From assembly GCA_001643675.2 (NCBI GenBank), contig LSRY02000002.1, positions 868,001-932,000 on the forward strand: 64,000 bases of DNA, written 5' to 3'. This document shows, piece by piece, positions 12,133 to 23,732 of this stretch. The notes below the pieces were generated by a model, which worked only from the letters and a program-made list of their open reading frames with translations, did not search any database and was not told the DNA's origin. A program made the translations under genes and the position numbers. This DNA is from Monocercomonoides exilis PA203. Taxonomy: Eukaryota; Protista; Preaxostyla. The stretch's first letter is position 1; each line of letters starts with the position of its first letter.

Positions 12133-15100
12133 TCACTTGTTGAACGCATCCAGCTCGCTTCCAATCGTGTCAAAAGTCGGGAGAGAGAGATGGGAGAAGT
12201 CCAGCGGCGAGTTGTCTGACAAGCGCCGCGTGGGGCTCTCCAGCCCGCCCACCACAGACCCATCGCCTCCGTCTGCAGACGAAGAGGAAGGAGGGCCAGG
12301 AGGTGGAGGAAGCGAAGAAAGAGACAAGTTAAACGACTGCGAATCATACCCGCTTCCCGAGGGCATCTGCAGCAGCGAGGAGAAGTCAGTGGTCATCGTG
12401 GTTGGGTCAAACGCGGAGGCAAAGTTGAATGCAGAGGCAGTCGAAGAGGTTGATTGGGAGCCCAGTGCCAGAGGGGAGAAGGAAGGCTCCATGTATGACT
12501 CGAGTGTGAAGCCGGTCTCAATCAGAGGCGTTAGAGAGAACTGCGAGTGGTCAGCGAGCGCATCCAGTGTGGATGAGGCAGTTGGTGATGAAGAAGAAGA
12601 GGTTGAGGAGGAAGAAGAGGAAGGAGAGGAAGAAGAAGATGTTGTTGTTGAGGAAGAAGAAGAAGCTGCTTCTGCTGCTGATTGTTCAAGTGCGGGAGCA
12701 GACGATGCGTTTGCTGCTGCTGCTGTTGTTGTTGATGCTTCTTCATTCTCAGCACTTCCCAATGCAACTCCTTTCCCTTCTGCTTCCTGCTCTCCTTCCA
12801 CCGCCTTCTTTGCACCCTTCTTCTTCTTCTTCTTCTTCTTTTTCTTCTTCGGCGCTGCTTGTTCTCCATCTGCCCCATCTCCTGCACCAGATGAAGCAGA
12901 AGAAGCAGCAGCAGCAGCTTCTCTTTGAGCATTTTGTGCATCGCGTGCTGCTTTCGCATCAGCTTCAGCGTCAGCACGCGCCTGTAGCTCATCCAGCTCT
13001 TTCTCCCAGTCGCCGGCGGGCGCAGATGACTGAGATGTGGTGGATGAATTCGCTCCGGATTTTTGAGTTGAAGAAGAAGAAGAAGAAGAAGAAGAAGAAG
13101 AAGATGATGATGATGATGATGATGATGATGAAGCAGAAACATGAGAAGAAGAAGCACCAGATTTTAAGGATGAGCTGGATTGTGAAGCAGCAGATTCTGA
13201 ATTTGATGCTGATGATGCAGATGAAGAAGAAGATGAAGAAGATGAAGAAGATGATGATGATGGCAAGTTAGCTCCAGTAGTCTTTCCTGTCTGATGAGAA
13301 AGATGAGGTGCCATCCATGGATACAGCAACGACATTGCAGTAAATGTCGGATTTGTTGGAACAGAAGAAGAGGAAGACGGAGTTGAAGAAGAAGAAGAAG
13401 AAGATGATGATGATGATGATGCCTTGTCTAACTGACCTTCTGCTGCTCCTTCCGGAAGCGACGATGCTGCCCCAACAACATCAGCAAGGTTGTCTCCACT
13501 TGCCTTCATCATCGTTATACCTCCTGTTGATGTGCTTTGCAATGTCACTCCAGCTCCTCCTCCTCCTCCTCCTCTCCCTCCTCCACCAGCACCTCCTCCT
13601 CCTCCTCCAATGCTCCCCAGCATCGCCTGCGCCCCAGCCACAAACGGCGACGAGGATGGCAAACTCGCCATGAACTGCGCACTCCCCGCAGCTGCTCCTC
13701 CTCCATTCGCTGCACCTGGACCTGCGATCATCACCTTCTGCCCGTACGTGCCCATCCACGCCGTCACCCCCGGCTGCACACCTCCTTGTGAGCTGATCCC
13801 AATGCCCATCATATTGAACCCGCTTTTCCCTCCCACTGCTTTGCCTCCGGCTGCTCTGAATTCAGTCAGCGCCTCTTGTGGGATGTATCTGACTGTCGGG
13901 ATGAACTTGCGGGGTGCCTGGAATGTGATGTTCGCCTGCTTCAGGTTGTTCAGCGTGCCTTCCACAAGACAGCGGCGCTCTTGGAAGTGCACAAGGAGGT
14001 TGTTCCACAGTGCTTCTTTTGCTAGAACGCGTGGATTGCCTAAGATAATCAGCCCATAACGAGCACGAGTTAAGGCCACGTTAAGTCTTCTTGGGTCGTT
14101 CAGGAAGCCAATCCCTTGTTTCTCGTTGCTTCGGACGCAGCTGAAGATGATGAAATCTTTTTCTCTCCCTTGGAACGCATCCACCGATGCGACTTCCACG
14201 TCCTTGTATGTGTTTGCATTCAATGGGCCCAGACGCTGCAAGACTGACGGGATATAAGCACACTGGCCTTCATATGGTGTGATGATACCAATGGAGGAAG
14301 GGGAGATTCCGCAGTGCAGGAGGCGTGTGACTATCTTTTCTGCGTTCTCTGCTTCTGATCTGTTGAGATAGGATGTGCCAGACGAAGATATCTCTTCTAA
14401 TGACGTTGACATCTGGAACATCATTGGACTGTCGCTTACTGGCCACGGGAAACCATCATAATACGTGTTGCTGTTAGAGCTTGAAGAAGAAGAAGAAGAA
14501 GAAGAAGACGATGATGATGAACTAGAATCATTGTCTTTCGCCTTCGACTTTCCCTTTGCGATGATTCTCTGCATCGTTCTGTCTGCCGCCGTCACACCGT
14601 TCTGCAGCGACCCTTCATAAAACATTGCCGATGGAAATTCAGACAAGCAAGGGTGCATTCTGTACTGCACCTGCAGACGCATAGGACGAATACCCAACAA
14701 CACAAGACGCTCGAAAAGCGACTGCGACAGACCACTTTTCGCTGCTTTTTTGCACATGATCACTGGGCCCAGCTGGCAGTGATCGCCCACCAGCACAATC
14801 TGCTTCGCCCCTTTCACCAGGGGAATCAAACACTCGGGCTCTGTTGCCTGTGTTGACTCGTCAATCAGCACGAGCTGGAACTGGTACCCCGCCAGACGCG
14901 GGTCTCCTGCGCCAACCGTCGTGCAGCAGATGACGTCTGCATTGAGAAGGATTTCTCTCTCCACTTTGCGACGGAGCTTGAAGAACAGCTGCTCGTCGGT
15001 GTCGCTCAGCTCGCCTGTCTCTATCCGCAGCATCTGCAGCTTGTGCAGCTCAATCGCCTCGGGCGTCTGCAGCTTCTCCACCTGCCAATGGAGTGTATAC

Positions 15101-17045
15101 TTCTCCACTGGAGAAGTAACGGCTTCACGTGATTTCGCACACATCCTGACCACGCGCAGGTTCGTCTTCGCGATCTTCTCAGTCAGCTGGTCCACAGCTA
15201 CATTGGACGGCGCACACACAAGCACCTGCCCTTGCTTCATCGCCACAAAGTTGTACACAATCGTCGCAGATGTGACTGTCTTCCCTGTTCCTGGAGGACC
15301 CTGGATTAGCGTCAGCGGCCGTGTCAGCACCTGCTTCACAGCAGCCACTTGGGAGTGGTTGAGGTCAGGCAGGTTCGGCGCAGAAAAGCGCTCGGGAAGT
15401 GAAGGGAATGGGAAACCAGTTGCTTCTGTGTATGCTGCTTTGGCTGACTCGATGTGCTGCGCGATCATCTGAGGCGTGGCGGTGGCTTCGGTTGGAGGCG
15501 TGGAGAAGATCTGGGACGAGGTGAGGGCAAGCTGCCTGTCGCCGAGGATGAGAGCGCGCAGATAAGGAGAGATGCATGTTGGGTGGTCAGTGAATGTGCG
15601 CAGGGCAGCTGTCATCCGATCGAATGAGGTGGACTTCCACATAAAATGGACAGCGTAGTCAGTCGTGATGGACGGGTTCACGCCGGCATTGCTTCGCAGC
15701 TCCAGGCAGACTTCTTCGTCTGAGTGTCAACAAATGTGCAAGTTTAAGTTAGTTAAGATGGGAAATGTTGTTTATAATTTTAAGAATGTTAAAAAGATGT
15801 TTTAAAAAAACATTCAAATACTGAAAAATCTCTTTTTTAATTAAAAAGTCCAAACTTGCTGTCATTCTAACAACATGGCCAACACAGCTGAATTCTTGGT
15901 TCTTTCCTTCAGCCTGATGGTACAGACTGAGCTCATCTCCAGGCATCAACCGAAATTCGGATTCTTCCTTTGGAAACAGAAAGAATGCTAATCTTTTCCC
16001 ATTCAATCCCATATCCCACCGCACATTTACTCCAGACTTTGATTGGGATTCCTTCATTTTCCGATCATAATCTCCTTCCATCGTGATAAGAGGTGCAAAG
16101 ACAGTGAAATATCGCTCTGGCTCTTCGAATCTCAAAGGAACCGGAAGTAAATCAGGCTCTCTATCATCCGAAATATCAATAACTGCAGGGCTCTGTTGCC
16201 TGCCTCCTCCAGACGACCCACTGTTGGACGAAGCTGCTGTTGCTGCCGCTGCAGCCTTTGCTGCTCTGCCCCATTGCTCTTCTAATCGTGCAATCTCACT
16301 TGCAGATACACGCCTGCACATCCTTTCTTCGGCATCTTTTGGCGCACCAACAAGCCAGTTTACGAAACTTCTTTCTTGAATCAATGGAGTCCATACTGAT
16401 GTATCCCAAGAAGGATCTTTTGCGGTAGATGCGCAAGGTTCACTTAATGTTTTACAGTTTTTTGAAATTATTCAACACTTTTTTTAAAAACATAAATTTA
16501 CAATATTATTCAAACCGACATAAAAGAACAACAGCTGACTCTTCTTTTGCTGAAATAAATCCAAGAACAAAGCAATTACAATTTCCACAGTTGTAGCATT
16601 CAAGTTTAGATTCTCCAAGAGGTCCAGCAGGATGCAAATTGATTTCTTTGTGCTTTGAGCGAACCATATGCATAACAATGTGAGAACCAGAGTTATTCCC
16701 TTTACCATTGCAAAACCATCTTTTGCATATGTTGCATTGGACGACACAAGTTGGAGAACGAACACCACAATAGCTTTAAATTGCAAAACAACGACATGGA
16801 GAATAATAAAGAAAGATACAACAACTTTAATGTTTTCAAAACCTGCATTCAAAAGTGTCTTCATCTTCGCTGAGTGCTTCAAGATCATCTAAATCATCAC
16901 CCCCGGGACTTAGGGCTCTTGACGGATATTTCTGTGGATAATATCCACAACGTATTTAACAAAATCATAAAAAGGCAGGACGAAAGTTAAAGATAAAAAA
17001 GAGTTATTCGCTTCAAAAATTTATGCACACAGAATGGCTTGACAT
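12133..17045 (-). CDS. UPF1: Regulator of nonsense transcripts 1 (SF1 RNA helicase), multi-exon
   Basis: Spliced CH domain [40 protein letters not shown]...LECYNCG. Helicase motifs [35 protein letters not shown] and LNVALTRAR. Proposed 15-nt first exon 17045-17031 (MSSHS), introns 17030-16932 and 16842-16774, plus two more near 16.5 and 15.8 kb. Confidence 0.97.
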
Positions 17046-17397
17046 AAATTAGACTTCTCAGCAAAGGATTCTGGAATAGCAAGCATTTTATGAGGATGGT
17101 CGCCCAAAGCAAAATGTAGACAAATAATAATAACGATAAAATTTTCAGGAAAATAAAACGAATAGTGCTTAATAAGGAAAAATAAATTAATATTGTATAA
17201 ATTCAGACCTCAGCACAAATTATGGTTGATGGCCCACAATCTATCTTTGATATCAAACGCACTATGCTTGAAATATTAACTTGTAATATTTCGTATTATC
17301 TTGGTGAAATATAATAATTCTCCTTTTTTGAGATGGTAGTGAAAGTGGGAAACCAAAGTTTTTTTAATAATCCGGAAAATGAAATAAACATTTAAAA

Positions 17398-18742
17398 ATG
17401 GAAACAAAAACGCGAGAGCAAATTATAAAGCAAATAGAACTGTACGTTATTTGTTTTTTTAAACAAATAAGCGAAAATAACAATGAAAAAAAATATATTT
17501 TTGTTTTTTTCAGAATTGCTGAGAAACAAATTCAATTTCTTTTAGAAGGGAAAATTATAGATCCAACAAGTGAAGAACAATCCGAAACCAGAACTTGTTT
17601 GTTAAATATATTCAAAAGATTCTCATCTGATTTGCATTATTTTTCAGTTTCAATAAAGAAAGCATGCATTTTCTTTCGAGTTCTGTCCATCATTCACAAA
17701 CTTCTTGTGGAAAATAAACGGACAACAAAGCGGTATTTAAAATACTCGGAAAATCATTTTTAAATTATCTTTTGTTGCCTTTGAAGTGATTTGTTTTACA
17801 TGGATGTTGGGTTATTTCAAACGCAATCAACTAGTAATGCTGCGATTGAAGAGTTAGCTTCGTTTCTGAAAGTTCCACGATATTCATTGAATGTATTTGC
17901 TTCGCCAAAAGGTCTTGTAATCGGAAATGTTTCGTTTAATGAAGATGGAAGTCGCACAACTTTGGGTCATTCTCATCATCTGATTAATCCTCAAACAACG
18001 TACAGTCATTTTTCGTCAACAGCGTCTTTCGTCTTAATTGTTGAAAAAGATGCAATATTTCAATCGTTGATAAATGAAAGATATGACGTAACCGCAAACT
18101 GCATTATTGTCACGGTTTGAAATCGTTTTCTTTGCGAGAAAAAATTGTTGAAAGATTTAGGGAAAAGGCTATCCAGATCTTAAAACATTGAATTTTCTTC
18201 ATCAATTGTCTTGTGACTGTCCAGATCTACCCTTTTATGTTCTCGTTGATGCGGACCCCTTTGGAATTGACATTCTTTTATTGTATTCATATGGACCTGT
18301 TGTATGTTTATGTTATTCTTTAAGAATATATTTCATAATTCACAATTCCAAGGAAAGAATTGATCGAGAGGAGTTATGTGTACCTTCAATAACTTGGATC
18401 GGATTATATCCTTCCGAGCTTTCTCATTCATCTCCAATACCAATTCCAAAAGGTGCTATGCTTCCTTTTACAACCAAAGATCAAAGCAGAATGGATGCAC
18501 TTGTAAAACGTGCAAAGGACAATAAAATAAATTTGCAATGGAGGTTTGTTTTATGATTCGCTTAAAATATAATTCGTTTGTTGAATATTAGTCAAGAAAT
18601 CATGTGCATGAACCAAAACAAAATAAAAGCAGAAATAGAATCCCTTTCTGCAATATCCTTGAATTTCATAACTCAAACATATTTGCCTTTGAAATTGTCA
18701 ATCTGTTGTGACAATGTTTCAAAAATAACAAAATTATCTTAG
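17398..18742 (+). CDS. SPO11: Meiotic double-strand-break transesterase (Topo VI A family), about 6 exons
   Basis: Spliced motifs TKR|DLFY (catalytic Tyr), KGLV, LIVEKDAIF, T|GKGYPD, LVDADPFG (DxD) and KAEIESL. Stop TAG at 18740-18742. Confidence 0.95.
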
Positions 18743-18815
18743 CCAAACTTTGGATTTCAAAAATCGTTATTTAGATCAAAAAAGTAATTTTTTTAGTTAG
18801 TTTATTCTTTTGCAA

Positions 18816-19099
18816 ATGGTAGAATGGCCAGAAGAGACATCAAAAAGAATCTTGGTTTAAAGACATCTATTTATTATTATTATTATTTGACACTTGTATA
18901 GCTTGTGGTGTTAGTGCTTCTTATTCTGTTTCCATTTGTTGGATTCTTTATTATTCTTCGAAAAATTAAAAAGGCTGCAAAAGAATTAGAAAATGCACAT
19001 AACCAATCAACAAAAGATATACCAATTCCTCCACTTGAGAAAATTCCCAGAACTGATAAAGATAAAAAGAAAAAGGCGAAAGTTCAGAAAAAGGAGTAA
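18816..19099 (+). CDS. Small single-pass membrane protein (~78 aa), 2 exons
   Basis: MVEWPEETSKRIL|LVVLVLLILFPFVGFFIIL-RKIKK... joined by a phase-0 GT-AG intron ending at 18901. Hydrophobic segment followed by a basic tail. Confidence 0.55.
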
Positions 19100-19621
19100 A
19101 ATTATCAATTGTGCATTTATGTGAATTATTATATCTGTAATTGTTCATTCATTATATCATATGCTTCAAATAAATTCAAAATATTCTTGGTTATTACTCA
19201 TCTTTTTGTTGTCTTCGAATTGTCAATGATTTACGCTGGAAGAAAGAAATAAGAAAGATGTTCTCTATTTGTTCAATTTTTTTTTTTTTGAAAAAATTAG
19301 TCAAAAATATAACATTGCATCAGAATTCAAATTTTCGAGTCAATTCATTTGCTATTTATGAAGTTTTAATGAGAAAAACTCTTCCTCAATCTAATTCATT
19401 AATATTAAAGGAACTTTATTCTTTTTTTATAGACAAAGGATAAGTCGGTTTTGCCTTGTAACGCATCATATTAAAGATGTTGATAAAAAAATTGAGGATT
19501 AGAAATGAAACTATTTCGAAAATTGTAAAATCAGAAAAAAAAGAAAGAAAACAACAACAAAAAAAATGATTTAGACATTGTACCACAAGAAATACAAGAG
19601 ACGAAAAAAATAAAATTGCTC

Positions 19622-21970
19622 CTACTTCTTCAAGTGTATTCCTTCAACTGTCACATCGTTCTCCATCGCCACCACAATGCCCTTTTGTGAAAGCGTGCGA
19701 GAAGTCGAAAAGTCGCCATCAACAACAATCTGTGGCATCCTCTTCATCTGATAGTCAGTCACTTTGCCTTGCTTCACACGACGCATGTTCCACGTGATGA
19801 TAAACGGACCCGAAGTCGTCACAATCGCACGCTCCTTCGGCATCGCCCGCCCTTCACCGCCCTCGTCATCAAAGCCAACCTCCATCGATCTCCGCTTCTT
19901 CTCTTCTTTTCCTTCCTCTTTCTTCGAGCTGTTGCTTCCTTCTCTGTCCTTCTGTGTCAGCATCATCGTGACCCATCCTTCATCATCGAACTTCGCTGGC
20001 GTAAAGCACACCCGCCCGCCCAAACGCATCACATCCCGATACGACAGCTCCAACCTGCGCACTTGCAGACGCGCCTTGTCTTCGCGCGGCATCGACTTCG
20101 TGAAGCAGCTGATAGGCGAGGCTTCGGTTGATGCTGACAGCAGCGTCGGCACCACCAGCAGGCACGTCTGTGTTGTTGCCACCACCCACTCTCCGTCTGC
20201 ACTCACGTCTATTCCAATGATGGCCTCAGGCCCAACGCTCATCATCGTCTTCGCGCGGTTCTTCAGCGACTCGTCGAAGAAGCGCAGGTCGCCCTTCGCC
20301 GAGCCAGACACGATGCACCCGTTCATCGTAGATGCCTCACAAAGGAGGTTTGCTCTCGTTGAAGGTGAATAAAAGAACGAATGCCCAGCATCGCTGCAAA
20401 GCCTACCGTGCAACCCATCTGACTCGCCACGAAGCGTCGAGATCGACGACGCTGTGGACGATGACGATGCCTGGGAAGCGATTCGCGGATCCATCAGGAA
20501 ATGTCCCTGCTTGTTGAAGGCGACAAACAGAGGGTTGTCTGAATGCGGAGACTCCTTCGTCGCTCCGATCAGCCCGTCGATCTTCGTGCCAACCTCGTTC
20601 GTGCCCCACTCCTCCACCACTTGTCCGCGCTCCAAGTCCAGCGCCATCACCCGGCTCATGTCCAGCGGATGCCGCACAAGCATCTGGTTGTCGCTTCGGT
20701 ACAGCATCGCCTGCGACGGGTGTGACCGCTCAGCAACAAGCTGGATCATGCCGTCGCTGCTTGCTCCCAGCGACGATGCAAGCCCTTTGACTGTTGAAAA
20801 TGTGTGGATTTTCTTCATCGGCCCGCTGTTTTGCCCGCGTCTGGATTTTTTCCCACGTGAATGTTTTCCTTCCTCTTCCTCTTCGTCCTCCTCCTCATCT
20901 TCGTCTTCGGGGTGCATTGGAAGTCCGTAGATATCAATTCCACCATTGGACGTGATCACAAATGAGCGAGGTACACTTCTTCCGACTAAAAGCAGCCTGT
21001 TGTCTTCATGTTTGCTAGAAGCAGTTGCCGAAGAACTTTTTTCTGCTTTTCGATCATGTTCTTCTTCTTCATCATCTTCTTCTTCTTCTTTTTCTTCTTC
21101 TTCTTCACTTTCAATCATCTCATCTCCGCGTGCTCTTAAGTTAAGCTCTCTTTTACGTGCCTCAATCAATTCAAGTTCTCTTTGCTGCATTTCTTTCTTT
21201 TCCAGCTCGTCGTCATATTCTTCAAAATCAAGTTCTGATTCGTCTTCATCCTTATCATCTTCTGTTATCGTTTTTCTTGATCCGTTCAAAAGTAATTCTT
21301 GGTCTTCACATTTTTCCCATGGAATTTGATTATTAACTTCAAAAAGTTTCTTTATGCACTCGGTCCGAAATTGTTCAAATTCATCTGAAGAAACAATACG
21401 AACAGTCAATGTAAGGACAGTTCTTTCTAGATGAGTAACAAATACAAATGATTGATGAGCATCTAAAAATGTTAAATTCAAATCGGGTGTCAGTCTATGT
21501 AGGATAAGTGGGGTTCCATCTTCTTTTGAGATATATAAATTGAAATCAAAAAACGGTTTTGTTTTTTTGCCTTTTTGCGGTTTGGCAGTAGAAGTATCAT
21601 TGGTTGTTGGATAAATGCTGACTGTGCATGATGGCTCGGCAAGTTCAAATTGTTGGGCTCTTCCATTGAAAATAAACAGAACTCCATGAACTTGAATTAG
21701 AGGTGCAGGCAATCCAAGCTCAGGAAGATCATCATCTGAATGTTTAGGAGGAAGTTCCGGATAATCTGGTAAATCTTTAAGAAGAGAATCTTGAGCATGT
21801 GGTACGCTTGATGAAGGAGCAGTCAAAGTTTTAATAAGTTGTTCATTATCTTTTCTTGGATTTGAGCGACTCATTCTTTGTTCGATAACTTTTTCTTCAT
21901 CCACATTATTATCTTTCTTCCATGACAATGGATTTAAATGTCCGACAGCTGATTTAACCCAGCCAAACAT
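19622..21970 (-). CDS. VID27: VID27/CYPRO4-family protein (PH-like plus beta-propeller)
   Basis: LDLERGQVVEEW, FLMDPR, GSAKGDLRFFD..RAKT, IIGIDVSADGEWVVATT, FTPAKF and IVTTSGPFIITW match the VID27 C-terminal domain. Intronless 782 aa. Confidence 0.88.
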   Translation of the reverse strand: MFGWVKSAVGHLNPLSWKKDNNVDEEKVIEQRMSRSNPRKDNEQLIKTLTAPSSSVPHAQDSLLKDLPDYPELPPKHSDDDLPELGLPAPLIQVHGVLFIFNGRAQQFELAEPSCTVSIYPTTNDTSTAKPQKGKKTKPFFDFNLYISKEDGTPLILHRLTPDLNLTFLDAHQSFVFVTHLERTVLTLTVRIVSSDEFEQFRTECIKKLFEVNNQIPWEKCEDQELLLNGSRKTITEDDKDEDESELDFEEYDDELEKKEMQQRELELIEARKRELNLRARGDEMIESEEEEEKEEEEDDEEEEHDRKAEKSSSATASSKHEDNRLLLVGRSVPRSFVITSNGGIDIYGLPMHPEDEDEEEDEEEEEGKHSRGKKSRRGQNSGPMKKIHTFSTVKGLASSLGASSDGMIQLVAERSHPSQAMLYRSDNQMLVRHPLDMSRVMALDLERGQVVEEWGTNEVGTKIDGLIGATKESPHSDNPLFVAFNKQGHFLMDPRIASQASSSSTASSISTLRGESDGLHGRLCSDAGHSFFYSPSTRANLLCEASTMNGCIVSGSAKGDLRFFDESLKNRAKTMMSVGPEAIIGIDVSADGEWVVATTQTCLLVVPTLLSASTEASPISCFTKSMPREDKARLQVRRLELSYRDVMRLGGRVCFTPAKFDDEGWVTMMLTQKDREGSNSSKKEEGKEEKKRRSMEVGFDDEGGEGRAMPKERAIVTTSGPFIITWNMRRVKQGKVTDYQMKRMPQIVVDGDFSTSRTLSQKGIVVAMENDVTVEGIHLKK

Positions 21971-22310
21971 TTGATACGAAATTATACCGAAATATGAATG
22001 AACGTATTAAGGGCGCCAGAAAAAATTTTTTTGTTAGAATTAAAATATTAACATAATAAATTAATGAATAAATGATGATGATTTATAAATCGAAATTTGA
22101 AAGATGTCATATATCAACCTTGTATTCTTTGAAAAAAGATTGAAAAAAATAGAATTATTATCTAGTTGCATTGAGTTGAATTTAGTCCAAATTGAAGTGA
22201 TAAAAAAAGAGTTTGTCAACATCAATACCTCCACTTTTTTAAAACAAAAAGCTTATTAATTTGAGAATTAATTTTATTAACTGAAAAAAAAATGAAAAAT
22301 TGTTTGAATT

Positions 22311-22690
22311 ACAGATATCGCATAAAATACTGGACATCGCACAAAATTCCGGACAAGATCAATTTCACAATAACTGCAAGAGGAATAATTCTGACAATTT
22401 TCATCAAAATATATCTCATCAATACAAACTCATTTGATATAAGAAACTTTGAAAATAGCTTCATTTGTGCTCAGAGAAATATATTATTAAAATCTCGTAG
22501 AAATAGGATTATGAGTTTCTCCGAGATTTCAAAAATATTTTATTTCTTGGTTCAAATGAAGCTATTTTGAAAGTCTCGTTTATCATTTGAGTTTGCATTG
22601 ATGAGATATATTTTGATGAAAATTGTCAGAATTATTCCTCTTGCATATATTGTGAAATCGATCTTGTCCGGTATTTTGTGCGATATCTGT
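22311..22690. mobile_element. Foldback/MITE-like palindrome, ~180-bp arms
   Basis: Ends ACAGATATCG / CGATATCTGT. The long block TGCAAGAGGAATAATTCTGACAATTTTCATCAAAATATATCTCATCAAT is mirrored exactly on the right arm. Short central loop near 22505-22515. Non-coding. Confidence 0.7.
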
Positions 22691-22968
22691 GCTTTGAAAA
22701 AACTTCAAAATAAACATTGATAATAATATTTTCCATGTTTTTTCTTTTCGGAGTCTAGGTAAAAAATTAAATCTGTCTCCTTCAAAACAATATTTGAATC
22801 AAATAGTTTGTTTCGTCAAGATATTTCAAAAGAACACTCAGAATATCATTCAAACAAAAAAAGGAGGATTATTATTGACTTTTTCAAGCTGAATATTCAT
22901 CTCTCTTGTATAAAAAACAAATTGTCAAATTGAAAACATTCTATTGAAAATAATTGCACTTTGCAGTC

Positions 22969-22969
<1 letters not shown>

Positions 22970-23015
<46 letters not shown>
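22970..23015 (+). repeat. Poly(T) homopolymer, ~46 nt
   Basis: Directly visible. Confidence 0.95.
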
Positions 23016-23017
<2 letters not shown>

Positions 23018-23029
23018 AAAAGGACAAAT

Positions 23030-23250
23030 TTGCATTTTTTTGATGAACATTCATTTTGAATTAAATTTATTCCAAAAACAATCAACAATGATTAAAGAAT
23101 ATATATATTAGATACAATGCAGATTAAATCAAATTATTCAAATTGAAAAAATAATTTAAAATTGTGGGGGTTATTTAAAATAACCCCTGTTTATTTGAAT
23201 TGACTTGCTTATTTTTAAAATCTTCATCCAATTTTGAATTGAATGTTCAA
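23030..23250 (+). repeat. Left copy of a diverged inverted repeat (partner ~26490-26740)
   Basis: TAGATACAATGCAGATTAA (23109-23127) and TTTAAAATCTTCATCC (23214-23229) recur as exact reverse complements at 26624-26642 and 26520-26535. Internal palindrome GGGGTTATTT-A-AAATAACCCC at 23167-23187. Confidence 0.75.
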
Positions 23251-23732
23251 AACATGAAAATAGATAACATTAAATAAATCGCATAAAAGATTGATATGAA
23301 ATACTGAAGTTTCTTTTGATTCTCTTTTAGAAAAATTTTGATCTTTCAATAATCTTCTTCGAAAAAATAGAAAAATTCGATAATTCGTTTAAAAGACTGT
23401 TCTAACTTATTCAATCGAAAATTCCAGCTTTATAATGTGAGTTTGTTTGATTATAACAATTAAAAAGTCATTTTTCCCAATATACAAATCATAAAAGCTT
23501 TATCAAATTTTCAGTTTATTTCTTCACAATTGTGAACTGTTTCTTTTAAACCGAAGCACCAATGACAACTTCTGTTCCATTTTGTTCAGCACTCATTAGG
23601 TAATTACGACTTTTTTTGTTTTAAGCAACAGCAATTTTCAAACAATATTGTTTTACATTTTTCACCTTGTTGAAAAACAATGTTAAAAATCATTAACAAG
23701 AAATATATAAAACACTGAATGTTTAAAGGAAT

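Noticed and set aside
12056-15472. Long antisense and alternate-frame ORFs over UPF1, and similar ones over VID27, the TmcB-like gene and the homeobox gene
   Set aside because: They are shadows of GC-rich codons and trinucleotide repeats, with no independent motifs.
22970-23015. Poly(T) as a retroposon tail
   Set aside because: No TSD or element body identified, and homopolymer length is unreliable in assemblies.
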